A stretch of 55,122 nucleotides of DNA from Candidatus Parcubacteria bacterium (GCA_018669975.1 JABHSK010000005.1:1-55122), one strand, 5' to 3'; shown: positions 19,316-28,638, numbered from the stretch's first letter. The notes: a model not told the origin generated them from the letters alone. Made by a program: numbers and translations.

Positions 19316-19451
19316 AATTAGTAAATAGGAATTAATATTCCCTAGGCTGTAGCCTGGAGTTTTTTGCTTGACAGGGTGGTTAAATATGAGTAATCTAAAA
19401 ATGTTTTGACCTTTTAACCTCAAATATTAAACCCGATCAGGAGGTGCCCAC

Positions 19452-19757
19452 ATGGCATTTTTGAAGCGATTCAGCAAACCACAGACCGATGACTTGTCCG
19501 TCATCAAAAGAGTGGTCAAGAGAAAATTTGCCTCCGGGCAACGCTTTTCAGCGGTTGATATTTTTACAATTATCAGGAAAGATTTTGCTGAGAAGAGTAT
19601 TGGCAAAAAGAGAGTGAAGAACGTTTTGCGTCAATTAGTCGAGGGCGGCACTTTAGAGTGTTTTCCAGTTTATGCTTACCGGAGCTACCGGAGATGGTGT
19701 CCTGGTAAGGGCATGAGAAGAAAACAGAATGGCTGTGAATTCGCAGTTGTTGGATAA
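19452..19757 (+). CDS. small basic protein, unknown function
   Basis: AGGAGGTG lies 6 nt upstream of the ATG. A possible TTGACA-17-TAATCT promoter lies at 19369-19397, and a clean terminator follows. The gene looks GC-richer than its neighbours. I recognise no family. Confidence 0.6.
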   Translation: MAFLKRFSKPQTDDLSVIKRVVKRKFASGQRFSAVDIFTIIRKDFAEKSIGKKRVKNVLRQLVEGGTLECFPVYAYRSYRRWCPGKGMRRKQNGCEFAVVG

Positions 19758-19767
19758 ACAAATTCAG

Positions 19768-19794
19768 GGCCTCTATACCAAGAGGCCTTTTTTA
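19768..19794 (+). terminator. rho-independent terminator
   Basis: GGCCTCT, a 6-nt loop, AGAGGCC, then a T-run. Confidence 0.85.
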
Positions 19795-19826
19795 TTTTAC
19801 CCTAACTATAAAGTATCGAGGATTAC

Positions 19827-19855
19827 TTTACACTTTCTACTTTATGGTTTATAAT
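19827..19855 (+). promoter_or_regulatory. sigma70-like promoter of the mini-MerR gene
   Basis: TTTACA, 17 nt, TATAAT. The -10 element ends 13 nt before the ATG at 19869, so the leader is very short. Confidence 0.55.
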
Positions 19856-19868
19856 ATATAGCGTATTT

Positions 19869-20108
19869 ATGCCGATAGTATTAAAGGGGAGAAAACTAAT
19901 CAAAATCGGAGAACTAGCCAAAATGTTCTCGGTTTTGCCATCCACAATCAATTTTTACACACGGGAAGGTCTTTTACCGGAAGATGGGCGCTCACAGGGC
20001 GGTTATCGTCTTTATGATGCAGATAAAGCCATCAAGAAGTTGAAGAAAATTGAGTATCTCCAAGCAAAGAAGAGGTTTACTATCGACGAAATCAAAAAGT
20101 CGTTATAA
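19869..20108 (+). CDS. minimal MerR-family HTH protein (DNA-binding domain only; BldC/excisionase-like size)
   Basis: IKIGELAKMFSVLPSTINFYTREGLLPEDGRSQGGYRLYD matches the MerR N-terminal winged HTH. At 79 aa it has no effector-binding domain. A hairpin (CCCTCGACCCCC...GGGGGTTGGAGGG) follows. Confidence 0.75.
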   Translation: MPIVLKGRKLIKIGELAKMFSVLPSTINFYTREGLLPEDGRSQGGYRLYDADKAIKKLKKIEYLQAKKRFTIDEIKKSL

Positions 20109-20360
20109 ATCCCTCGACCCCCGTCCATGCTTGGGGGTTGGAGGGTTTATATATATGTTTAGTTAAAATAAAATTATGAAAAAGAAAGGCAGTAAATTTT
20201 TTAGCCTCAATCGTAAAAAAACTAAGGTTTATAGTACGCGGGGGCGTAAACCAGCCACGAAATCTCTCTGGCAATATCTTTATTCCTTATTTTTCTAGGG
20301 AATATTGTCAAAGCAGTATTTTTGGGTTAGAATAACCAAACTCACTTAAATTATTTAAAG

Positions 20361-23270
20361 ATGGTTGATTTTAAGAAAAAAGAAGAAGAAATATTAGATT
20401 TTTGGGATAAAAACAATACTTTCCAGAAATCTATAGATAAGGATGCTCCGCAAGGTGACTATCTTTTTTATGATGGACCGCCTTTTGCTACCGGTACACC
20501 TCACTATGGTCATTTAGTGGGTAGTATCATGAAAGATGTGGTACCTCGTTTTTGGACCATGCAAGGATATAAGGTAGAAAGACGCTGGGGTTGGGATGTG
20601 CACGGTTTGCCAATTGAGAATATAGTTGAGAAAGATTTAGGTTTTGGGACTAAAAAAGAAATTGAAAAATACGGCATTGATAAGTTTAATAATGATTGTC
20701 GAGCTAGAGTATTGGATTATGCTGATATCTGGAAGGGCACCATTCGTCGTCTTGGTCGTTGGGCTGATATGGAAAATCCTTACAAGACCATGGATAAGGA
20801 TTATATGGAAACTATCTGGTGGGTTTTTAAAACTCTTTGGGACAAGGGGCTTATATATGAGGATTATCGTTCTATGCATATTTGTCCTCGTTGTGAAACT
20901 ACCCTTTCACAATCAGAAGTGACCGAGGGTTATAAAGACATTAAAGATTTATCTGTCACTGCCAAGTTTGAGCTAGAAGATGAACCAGGTACATATGTTC
21001 TGGCATGGACTACTACTCCATGGACATTGATTGGTAATGTAGCTTTGGCTGTAGGTAATGATATTGAGTATGTAAAAGTAGAGGTCGAAGGTGGAAAATA
21101 TATTTTATCTCCAGAACTTGTCAAAAATTATCATAAAGAATTTGGAGAGAATCCAAAAGTATTAGAGACTATTAAGGGAAAAGATTTGGTGGGTAAAAAA
21201 TACAAACCACTATTTGATTATTACTATAATGATAAGAATTTAGAAAATAGAGACAATGGTTGGCAGATTTATCATGCTGATTTTGTGACCACCGAAGAAG
21301 GTACTGGTGTGGTTCATATGGCACCAGCCTTTGGTGAGGATGATATGAATTTGGGCAAGGAAAAGAACTTTCCTTTTATTCAGCACGTTGATATGGATGG
21401 TACCATTAGAGATGAGGCCAAGGATTTTACTGGGATGAATGTTAAACCAAAGGATGATCATCAGACTACGGACATAGCCATTATAAAATATCTAGCTGGT
21501 AAAGGACTTCTTTTTGCTAAAGAGAAATATGAGCATAGCTATCCGCATTGCTGGCGTTGTGATACTCCACTGCTTAATTATGCTACTTCATCTTGGTTTG
21601 TAAATGTTACTAAAATAAAACCACAGCTATTAAAGAGCGCCAAGAAGATAAATTGGATTCCCGGACACATCAAAGCGGGTCGTTTTGGTAAATGGCTAGA
21701 AGGGGCACGTGATTGGTCTATCTCTCGTCAAAGATTTTGGGGGTCAGTAATTCCTCTTTGGCATTGTGATAAGTGTGAGGAAAGGGTTGTTGTTGGCTCA
21801 ATAGTTGAACTGAAAGAACTAAGCGGGGTTGAGGTTGACGACCTACACAAACACATAGTAGATAAAATAACCTTTGATTGTAAGTGCGGTGGCAGCATGC
21901 ATCGTATTCCGGATGTGTTGGATTGTTGGTTTGAATCTAGTTCTATGCCCTATGCTCAATTTCATTATCCTTTTGAAAATAAAGATTCTTTTGATAAAAA
22001 ATTTCCAGCTAAGTTTATTGCTGAAGGTGCTGATCAGACCAGGACTTGGTTCTATTATCTGCACGTCATAGCTGGCGGTCTAAAAGAAGGTCATTCTTTT
22101 GAAAACTGTATTGTTAACGGCATTGTTTTGGCTGAAGATGGTAAGAAGATGGCCAAGCGATTGCAAAATTATCCAGAGCCTGACGTTGTCATGGAAAAAT
22201 ATGGTGCTGATGCTTTAAGAATGTACTTGCTTACCTCACCAGTAATGTTGGCTGAGAACTTGGCTTTTACAGAAAAAGATTTACAGATTGTCTACCGACG
22301 TTATATTGGCATTCTACAGAATGTGTTGAATTTTTATTTGATGTTTGGAGGCGATAGCAAAGTTAAGGCTGCTCAACCAAAGAAAATAGATAATGATTTA
22401 GATAAATGGATAATCAGTAAATTAGTTTCGTTGCAGCAGGAGGTCGAACAGGCCATGAAAGATTATAATTTAGTCAAAGCTACTCGTCCGATATTGGATT
22501 TTGTTGATGGCTTATCTACTTGGTACATTAGACGTTCTCGAGCTAGATTTAAAGCTAGTGATCAGCAGGCCATTGATACTTTGGCCTTTGTGCTTAAAGA
22601 GATAGCCAAGATTGTGGCTCCATTCTCTCCAATGGCTGCCGAAACTATTTATCAGGAATTTGATAATGATCAAGAATCAGTTCATTTGGAAACCTGGACA
22701 AGTCTAAATAAGAAACTAGTAGATACAGAGATTTTAAATCACATGGATGTTATTAAGCAGGTGGCTGAAAGAGGTCATGCTTTACGAGCCAAATCTGGGA
22801 TGAAGGTAAGACAGCCATTGGCTACTTTGCAGGTAAATCTAGGTAAAGATACTAAGGTAGGAAAAAATTATGTTGATATATTAGAAGATGAGTTAAATGT
22901 TGAAAATGTTGAAACAGTGGACAAGATAAACGAAGGGGAGGGTTGGATAGTGGACGATTCAGGGTTTGCCCTAGCAAAAATTTCTTTGGATACAAATCTA
23001 ACAGATGATCTTAAAGAAAAGGGTGTAGTTAGGGAGTTGATTAGATTCATCAATGCTCTAAGAAAAGATAGTGGGTTAAAACCAAGTGATAATCCAGTAG
23101 AAACATATAATACTAAATCTGATTATTTAAGATCAGTTGTTGTTAAATATAAAGATGAGTTGATAGTAGGTACATCAGCTGGTGATTTAGTAGAAACAGA
23201 TGATAATCCAGATGCTAACAAACAAGCAAAAATAAACGGTGAAGAAATTACTTTAGGATTAAAATTATAA
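20361..23270 (+). CDS. ileS: isoleucyl-tRNA synthetase
   Basis: The HIGH motif is PHYGHLVG, the KMSKS variant is KMAKRL, and the editing-domain motif is TTTPWTL. The protein is 969 aa. Confidence 0.95.
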   Translation: MVDFKKKEEEILDFWDKNNTFQKSIDKDAPQGDYLFYDGPPFATGTPHYGHLVGSIMKDVVPRFWTMQGYKVERRWGWDVHGLPIENIVEKDLGFGTKKEIEKYGIDKFNNDCRARVLDYADIWKGTIRRLGRWADMENPYKTMDKDYMETIWWVFKTLWDKGLIYEDYRSMHICPRCETTLSQSEVTEGYKDIKDLSVTAKFELEDEPGTYVLAWTTTPWTLIGNVALAVGNDIEYVKVEVEGGKYILSPELVKNYHKEFGENPKVLETIKGKDLVGKKYKPLFDYYYNDKNLENRDNGWQIYHADFVTTEEGTGVVHMAPAFGEDDMNLGKEKNFPFIQHVDMDGTIRDEAKDFTGMNVKPKDDHQTTDIAIIKYLAGKGLLFAKEKYEHSYPHCWRCDTPLLNYATSSWFVNVTKIKPQLLKSAKKINWIPGHIKAGRFGKWLEGARDWSISRQRFWGSVIPLWHCDKCEERVVVGSIVELKELSGVEVDDLHKHIVDKITFDCKCGGSMHRIPDVLDCWFESSSMPYAQFHYPFENKDSFDKKFPAKFIAEGADQTRTWFYYLHVIAGGLKEGHSFENCIVNGIVLAEDGKKMAKRLQNYPEPDVVMEKYGADALRMYLLTSPVMLAENLAFTEKDLQIVYRRYIGILQNVLNFYLMFGGDSKVKAAQPKKIDNDLDKWIISKLVSLQQEVEQAMKDYNLVKATRPILDFVDGLSTWYIRRSRARFKASDQQAIDTLAFVLKEIAKIVAPFSPMAAETIYQEFDNDQESVHLETWTSLNKKLVDTEILNHMDVIKQVAERGHALRAKSGMKVRQPLATLQVNLGKDTKVGKNYVDILEDELNVENVETVDKINEGEGWIVDDSGFALAKISLDTNLTDDLKEKGVVRELIRFINALRKDSGLKPSDNPVETYNTKSDYLRSVVVKYKDELIVGTSAGDLVETDDNPDANKQAKINGEEITLGLKL

Positions 23271-23271
23271 G

Positions 23272-24000
23272 ATGTCTTTTAAGACGGAAGCATTTGTTTT
23301 AAAAACTAGACCATGGCGAGAGGCTGATAGACTTTATTATTTATTTACTCCACACGAGGGCATCATTAAGGCAGTGCTTAAGTCAGCCGCCAAGCCAGGT
23401 AATAAATTATCTGGACACCTATTACCCTTTAGTAAGGTTAGGATAATGATTGGTCGTGGTAAGATGGATCATATGGCCGGCGCCGCTGTCATTAATGATT
23501 ATACGAACATCCGGACAGATTTGAAAAATATGTCTTTAGCTTCATCAGTAATTGAACTTTTTCTCAATCAGGAGGGTGGTGGTTATAGCCAATTGGAGTT
23601 TAAATTATTAGAAGATTTGCTGACTGCCCTGGATAATCAGGACATGGATCAGGAAAATAAAATGTTGTTTGTCAGAATATTTTTGTGGAAATACCTTAGT
23701 TTGTCAGGTTGGCAGCCACAACTAGATAATTGTCAAATTTGTGATAAAGAAATTACTTTTGGCAAGTATTTACCAGGTCGTGGTATAATATGTAGAGAAC
23801 ATAGCTCAAATCAAGGTGTTATTATCAATAGAGAATTAGTAGATTTTTTGAAATATATAATAAAAGTTGATTGGCCAGATTTAAACAATTTGACCATCAG
23901 TAAAGAATTAAATAGAGAGTGGCTTAAAATATCACAGCTATTTTATCAATCTGTGTATGAGAGACCATCTCAAGCATTAAAATTATTTTTATATGGCTAA
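23272..24000 (+). CDS. recO: DNA repair protein RecO
   Basis: The N-terminal OB-fold signature is EAFVLKTRPWREADRL. A Cys-containing zinc module is present (CQICDKE...CREH). Confidence 0.8.
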   Translation: MSFKTEAFVLKTRPWREADRLYYLFTPHEGIIKAVLKSAAKPGNKLSGHLLPFSKVRIMIGRGKMDHMAGAAVINDYTNIRTDLKNMSLASSVIELFLNQEGGGYSQLEFKLLEDLLTALDNQDMDQENKMLFVRIFLWKYLSLSGWQPQLDNCQICDKEITFGKYLPGRGIICREHSSNQGVIINRELVDFLKYIIKVDWPDLNNLTISKELNREWLKISQLFYQSVYERPSQALKLFLYG

Positions 24001-25843
24001 ACTAGTCAAAAGAAGTTTGGACGCTGCTAGGAAATCTCCAGTTAGAAAAAAATCTTATTCAGCCCCGACACTTAAAAAGAAAAAGAGGAGAGAGGTACCA
24101 CAGGAGTATCGTACTTTTAAAAAAGCGCCAAAGAGCAAAGGCGGTTGCTTGTGGTTTTTATTTTTACTTTTTGCAGCAGCTGTAGCTGGACTGATATATT
24201 GGAATCGACAGGCACCAGTAGTGATAGATAATAGTTTAGAATTTTTGGTGACTGGTCCAAATAAAATAGTATCCGGTGATCAGATTAGTTATTTTGTAGA
24301 ATATAAGAATTTGGATTCAGTGGCACTGACAAACATGAAGCTTAGTGTGCAATGGCCAGATGGATTCTATTTTGATGAAGCTAGTCTTGAGCCCAGTGAT
24401 GCCAACGCAACTACTTGGGAAATAGCAGATTTGCAGCCAGGGCACGAGCAGAATTTAGAAATAAAAGGACAATTAGTGGGTCCAAAAGATGAGGAGCTAT
24501 CAGCCATGTTTAGTCTTGGTTATCAACCAGAGAATTTTAACTCTGATTTTCAAGGAAACATGACAATAAAAACTAAGGTAGAAGATAGTAAGATAGATGT
24601 GTTAGTGGAGGCTATCGACAAGACTTTGGTTGAGAGTGAGCAAGAGATGAGAATTACCTTACGCAATCTTACAGAAGAAGAGTTAAGTGATTTATATGTA
24701 GACATTCTTTATCCAGATGATCTAGATATAATAGAGGATGTGCCAGCTGATGAAGAAGATGAGGAAACCGAGGAAGAAGTAGCAGAAGAAGAATTGGGAA
24801 TGATACAAAAGGATGGGTATTTAGTTTTCAACTTATCACCAGAAGAAGAGAGAACAATAATTATTAATGGAGTTTTTGCAGCTGATAGTAAAGCAGAGCA
24901 ATCATTGGTGGTTGAAGTGGGTAACATGTTCAACGAAAATTTCCGTCGTTTAGCTAGAACGGAGAAGAATATTGTAGTTGTCAATCCACAATTTGATGTT
25001 AATTTGGAAATAAATGGAAATAGTAATAATCAATCAGTTAATTGGGGAGATGATCTACGTTATCAATTGGAAATAACCAATACTAGTGATACTGATGTGT
25101 CAGACACAAAGATAACAGCTTTGTTGGATGGTGGTGTGTTAGATTGGGACAGCCTAGAAACGATAGGAGTTTATCAGGAGTCTAATATTATTTGGACTAG
25201 TACAGAAAATGAAGAGTTGCTTAATTGGTCAGCTGGAGAGACTAAAACTTTTACTTGGCAAGTAGAGGTAGTTGAAGAGCCTCAGGCCGAGAGAGCTGTA
25301 GAAAACATAATTAAAGTAAATATTCAGGGACTAAGTGAGTGGGAACAAGTAAGTTCACCTATTGTTTTAACGGTTGGTGAGAGTCTAGCTTTTAATAATG
25401 GTATCTATTGGGATTTAGGTGGACGTAGAGTTGGCTCTGGTTTATTGCCGCCACAGGTTGGTGAATCAACACAATATTTGGCAGTCTGGTCTTTAAATGA
25501 TGTTACTGGAGAATTTGATACTGTTAATATAAACACCACCTTACCACCAGAAGTATCTTTTATCAGTGAAACAGATGTTCAAGAAGGTGTGTTGAATTTT
25601 GATGAAGAGGCCAGAACACTTTCCTGGAGTCTATCAGAATTTGGTGATTATATCTGGCCACTTACTGCTACCTTTATTATTGAATTAGAACCAAACAAAG
25701 ATAATCAAGGAGAGACAATGACTTTATTTAACACTACTACAGTAGTAGCTGTTGGATTGGAAGAAGTTATTGTTCGATCTAAACCTATTAAAACTTCAGA
25801 TGTAGTGGTTGACTCAGATGAGCCAGTTGGAATAGTAGAGTAA
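23993..25843 (+). CDS. large membrane-anchored extracytoplasmic protein, unknown function
   Basis: It has a basic N-tail, one TM segment (LWFLFLLFAAAVAGLIYW), beta-rich repeat-like segments and a DE-rich insert (ADEEDEETEEEVAEEE). It overlaps the recO stop by 8 nt. Confidence 0.6.
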   Translation: MAKLVKRSLDAARKSPVRKKSYSAPTLKKKKRREVPQEYRTFKKAPKSKGGCLWFLFLLFAAAVAGLIYWNRQAPVVIDNSLEFLVTGPNKIVSGDQISYFVEYKNLDSVALTNMKLSVQWPDGFYFDEASLEPSDANATTWEIADLQPGHEQNLEIKGQLVGPKDEELSAMFSLGYQPENFNSDFQGNMTIKTKVEDSKIDVLVEAIDKTLVESEQEMRITLRNLTEEELSDLYVDILYPDDLDIIEDVPADEEDEETEEEVAEEELGMIQKDGYLVFNLSPEEERTIIINGVFAADSKAEQSLVVEVGNMFNENFRRLARTEKNIVVVNPQFDVNLEINGNSNNQSVNWGDDLRYQLEITNTSDTDVSDTKITALLDGGVLDWDSLETIGVYQESNIIWTSTENEELLNWSAGETKTFTWQVEVVEEPQAERAVENIIKVNIQGLSEWEQVSSPIVLTVGESLAFNNGIYWDLGGRRVGSGLLPPQVGESTQYLAVWSLNDVTGEFDTVNINTTLPPEVSFISETDVQEGVLNFDEEARTLSWSLSEFGDYIWPLTATFIIELEPNKDNQGETMTLFNTTTVVAVGLEEVIVRSKPIKTSDVVVDSDEPVGIVE

Positions 25844-25845
25844 AT

Positions 25846-26943
25846 ATGTTTAAGTTAAAGAAACAATCAAAAAAATCCAATAGTAGATTGGGAGTATTGA
25901 GTACTGCTCATGGTAGTATTGATACTCCTTTTTTTATGCCTATAGCTACTAAGGCAGCTATTAAGAGCATGACTGTTCAAGAGGTTAAAGATTTGGGAGC
26001 ACAAATTATTTTGTCCAATACTTATCATAATTATCTTAAGCCCGGTGTGGATATTATTAAGAAATTTGGCAACCTGCATAATTTTATGGATAGTGATTTA
26101 CCTCTATTGACCGACAGTGGCGGTTATCAGGTTTTTTCTTTAGCGAACCTACGAAAGATAAAAGGAGATGATATTGAGTTTCAATCTCACATTGATGGTT
26201 CTAAACATATTCTCAATCCTAAAAAGGTAGTTGATATCCAAGTTACTTTAGGTAGTGACATTATGATGGTGCTAGATGAATGTGTAGGATTGCCCAGCAC
26301 CAAGAAAAAAGCCACAGAGGCTTTGGAGCGAACTACTCGTTGGGCAAAGATATCTTTAGAATATAAAAACAAATTAAATAAAAAATCAGCCGACATTAAA
26401 AAACAATTAATGTTTGCTATTGTGCAAGGGGCAGATTTTAAAGATCTTAGACTTAGGTCTGCCGAGGAATTGACAGCCATGGAGTTTGATGGTTTTGCGG
26501 TTGGTGGTTTGGCAGTGGGAGAGCCTACTAAAACTATGTATCAGGTATTGGATTATACAGTGCCAGCTTTGCCAGAAGATAAGCCGCGCTATTTAATGGG
26601 AGTTGGTTATCCAGAAAATATAGTAGAAGCTGTTAAACGAGGTATTGATATGTTTGACTGTGTGATTCCTACTAGAGAAGCTAGACATGGGAAGCTCTAT
26701 GTGAGGAGGAAAAAGGGTCTAGGAGATGGGTTTTACGAGACCATCAATATAACGAATGCTAGATTTGCTAACGACAAAACGCTATTAGCAAATGGACGAT
26801 TCGGTAAGTATTCATTGGCTTACATGCATCATCTATTCAAGACGCAGGAGACGCTAGGAACGCGTCTAGCGACCATGAATAACATAAGCTTCTATTTAGA
26901 CCTAATGAGTGATATACGAAAAGCCATCAAAGTTAGAGGTTGA
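25846..26943 (+). CDS. tgt: queuine/preQ1 tRNA-ribosyltransferase (tRNA-guanine transglycosylase)
   Basis: Motifs are TPFFMPIAT, LLTDSGGYQVFSL, FAIVQG, GFAVGGLAVGE, LMGVGYPE and the catalytic DMFDCVIPTR. The last 98 codons appear to be of different origin (see findings). Confidence 0.92.
   Translation: MFKLKKQSKKSNSRLGVLSTAHGSIDTPFFMPIATKAAIKSMTVQEVKDLGAQIILSNTYHNYLKPGVDIIKKFGNLHNFMDSDLPLLTDSGGYQVFSLANLRKIKGDDIEFQSHIDGSKHILNPKKVVDIQVTLGSDIMMVLDECVGLPSTKKKATEALERTTRWAKISLEYKNKLNKKSADIKKQLMFAIVQGADFKDLRLRSAEELTAMEFDGFAVGGLAVGEPTKTMYQVLDYTVPALPEDKPRYLMGVGYPENIVEAVKRGIDMFDCVIPTREARHGKLYVRRKKGLGDGFYETINITNARFANDKTLLANGRFGKYSLAYMHHLFKTQETLGTRLATMNNISFYLDLMSDIRKAIKVRG
26650..26690 (+). repeat. direct repeat copy 1 (candidate attL core) inside tgt
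   Basis: ATGTTTGACTGTGTGATTCCTACTAGAGAAGCTAGACATGG is identical base for base to 29321..29361. Confidence 0.9.
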
Positions 26944-27490
26944 AAACTATCTAAAGCTATGGGATTCATTGGAAAATTATGTACTACAAGAAAGTAGTTT
27001 GAGAAAATTGTTTACAGAAACTTACCCGGACAATAAACTTATAGAAAATGTTTTAATCAAGGTGTGTTCATTAAATGATTTTTATAGCACAAACATATTT
27101 TCACCATTCACAGTGGCTAAGCATATTGTTAATTTAAATATTGATGATGATCTTTCCAAGGAAGACTTAGAACTTGTTAATAGGATTGCAAAGGTAGAAA
27201 TGGCCGGTAATAAAATAAAGAATTTTTATTCATTTGCAACTAAATACTGTAGTCATCATAAACCGGAAGTATATCCTATATATGATTCTTATGTTGAAAA
27301 AATGTTGGTGTACTTTAAAAAACAAGATAATTTTGATGATTTTAGTACTGAAGATTTGAAGGTTTATCCAAAATTTAGGGAAATACTGGGAAAGTTTAGG
27401 GACTATTATAATTTGGAAGAATTTGATTTGAAACAAATTGATAAATACTTGTGGCAAGCTGGAAAAAAGTATTTTCCAAGAAAGTATTAA
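26909..27490 (+). CDS. hypothetical protein (193 aa), first cargo ORF
   Basis: The ORF is long and open with no in-frame ATG near its 5' end. The start is uncertain (GTG at 26909, inside the last 35 nt of tgt). I recognise no family. Confidence 0.5.
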   Translation: MIYEKPSKLEVENYLKLWDSLENYVLQESSLRKLFTETYPDNKLIENVLIKVCSLNDFYSTNIFSPFTVAKHIVNLNIDDDLSKEDLELVNRIAKVEMAGNKIKNFYSFATKYCSHHKPEVYPIYDSYVEKMLVYFKKQDNFDDFSTEDLKVYPKFREILGKFRDYYNLEEFDLKQIDKYLWQAGKKYFPRKY

Positions 27491-27494
27491 CTAT

Positions 27495-27605
27495 ATGAGC
27501 AAGGATAGTAAGGAAAAAGAGTATAAAAATCTAGTTGAGTTCTTCGTACTACTACTAGATATAGATAGGAGAACTAATCCTGATAAATATAAGCTTAAAA
27601 AATAA
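27495..27605 (+). CDS. possible 36-codon ORF (below ORF-track cutoff)
   Basis: The ORF runs ATG to TAA and encodes MSKDSKEKEYKNLVEFFVLLLDIDRRTNPDKYKLKK. Its stop lies in the recurring TAATTAG junction motif. There is no other support. Confidence 0.25.
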   Translation: MSKDSKEKEYKNLVEFFVLLLDIDRRTNPDKYKLKK

Positions 27606-27621
27606 TTAGTAAGCTAGGTAT

Positions 27622-28137
27622 ATGAAAAAACCCATTCTACCATTATTAATCTTTCTACTTGTAGTCATGGGTTTTGGTGTATTTAATTTTTTGAATGATA
27701 AACAAGTAGAAAATAATGATGATTCAAAGAAACACACCTTGAATGATGATAATTATGAGGAGGAATGCGACCCGCTTCTATCAGAAAAAATATGTAATTA
27801 TATATCAGCTTCTTCTTATTGGGTAGACGATATTAATGTTGTAGATGTTACTGGGGATGGTGTAACTGATTATTTAGTCGAAGTAGTTAATGAAGGTTGT
27901 GGAAGTTGTCATCCTCGTTATGTTTTATTTTTTGAGAATGATAAAGTATACTATCAGTATGATGGCGATGATGCTAGTGTATATGAACCTGATAAAATTA
28001 AGGATGGGAAAGTAGTGATTGAAGAACCAATTAGGAAAGAAGATGAGGCATTATGTTGCGCATCTTCGTATAAAAAAACACTTATTCAATGTGAGAAAGA
28101 AAACGATTATACACTTTGCGAAAAAATAGATAATTAG
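27622..28137 (+). CDS. hypothetical secreted or membrane-anchored Cys-rich protein
   Basis: An N-terminal signal/anchor is present (ILPLLIFLLVVMGFGVF), there are 8 Cys, and there is a DVTGDGVTD segment. The junction motif precedes it. Confidence 0.6.
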   Translation: MKKPILPLLIFLLVVMGFGVFNFLNDKQVENNDDSKKHTLNDDNYEEECDPLLSEKICNYISASSYWVDDINVVDVTGDGVTDYLVEVVNEGCGSCHPRYVLFFENDKVYYQYDGDDASVYEPDKIKDGKVVIEEPIRKEDEALCCASSYKKTLIQCEKENDYTLCEKIDN

Positions 28138-28149
28138 TAAGTTGGATAT

Positions 28150-28485
28150 ATGAAATTATTAGAAATAATAAGTAGTACACTATTCATTGCTGCAATAGTT
28201 TTATCCTTCATAGATTGGAAAATTGCCATTTGGCTATGGTCATCGTCAATTGTAATACATTCTATACCATTGGGACCAGATAAATTGTTAGGAATAATTA
28301 CTGGCGTATTAATTTTACTTGGTTTGGTTTATATTATATTTATTAATTGGATACCTGGTTTATTATTAATAATAGCAGGCTCTATTATTACAAGATTTCG
28401 TTTGTATTCTAGAAAATTGATCATTAGGTATTACAAAAATAACCCCAAAGAATTAAATAAAATTAAAGAGAAAAATAATAAATAA
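28150..28485 (+). CDS. hypothetical small integral membrane protein
   Basis: 111 aa with three hydrophobic helices and a basic C-tail. The junction motif precedes it. Confidence 0.55.
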   Translation: MKLLEIISSTLFIAAIVLSFIDWKIAIWLWSSSIVIHSIPLGPDKLLGIITGVLILLGLVYIIFINWIPGLLLIIAGSIITRFRLYSRKLIIRYYKNNPKELNKIKEKNNK

Positions 28486-28494
28486 ATTAGTTGA

Positions 28495-28638
28495 ATGGTT
28501 AAAAAATACAGACCACAAAGTTGTTGGAAAAACAGTGACTGTAGTATAGGTTGTTGCGCTTATGTCCCTGAGAATCGTAGGGAGGCTTTAAGGTGTGCTA
28601 TTAAGAAATGGTGGAGTGGTTTGTGGCCAGCTAGTTAA
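28495..28638 (+). CDS. possible 47-codon Cys-rich ORF (below ORF-track cutoff)
   Basis: It encodes MVKKYRPQSCWKNSDCSIGCCAYVPENRREALRCAIKKWWSGLWPAS, with 6 Cys. Junction-like motifs sit on both sides. Confidence 0.3.
   Translation: MVKKYRPQSCWKNSDCSIGCCAYVPENRREALRCAIKKWWSGLWPAS

Noticed and set aside
20092-20274. 60-aa minus-strand ORF between the mini-MerR gene and ileS
   Set aside because: It has no promoter or RBS, starts inside a terminator-like hairpin region and overlaps the mini-MerR stop. The plus-strand 40-codon stump is at least interpretable as a gene remnant.
20109-20360. T-box or other leader riboswitch upstream of ileS
   Set aside because: I could not find the conserved T-box sequence (AANNAGGGTGGNACCGCG-like) or a specifier/antiterminator arrangement. 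The region is better explained by a hairpin terminator, a gene stump and a TTGTCA-17-TAGAAT promoter.
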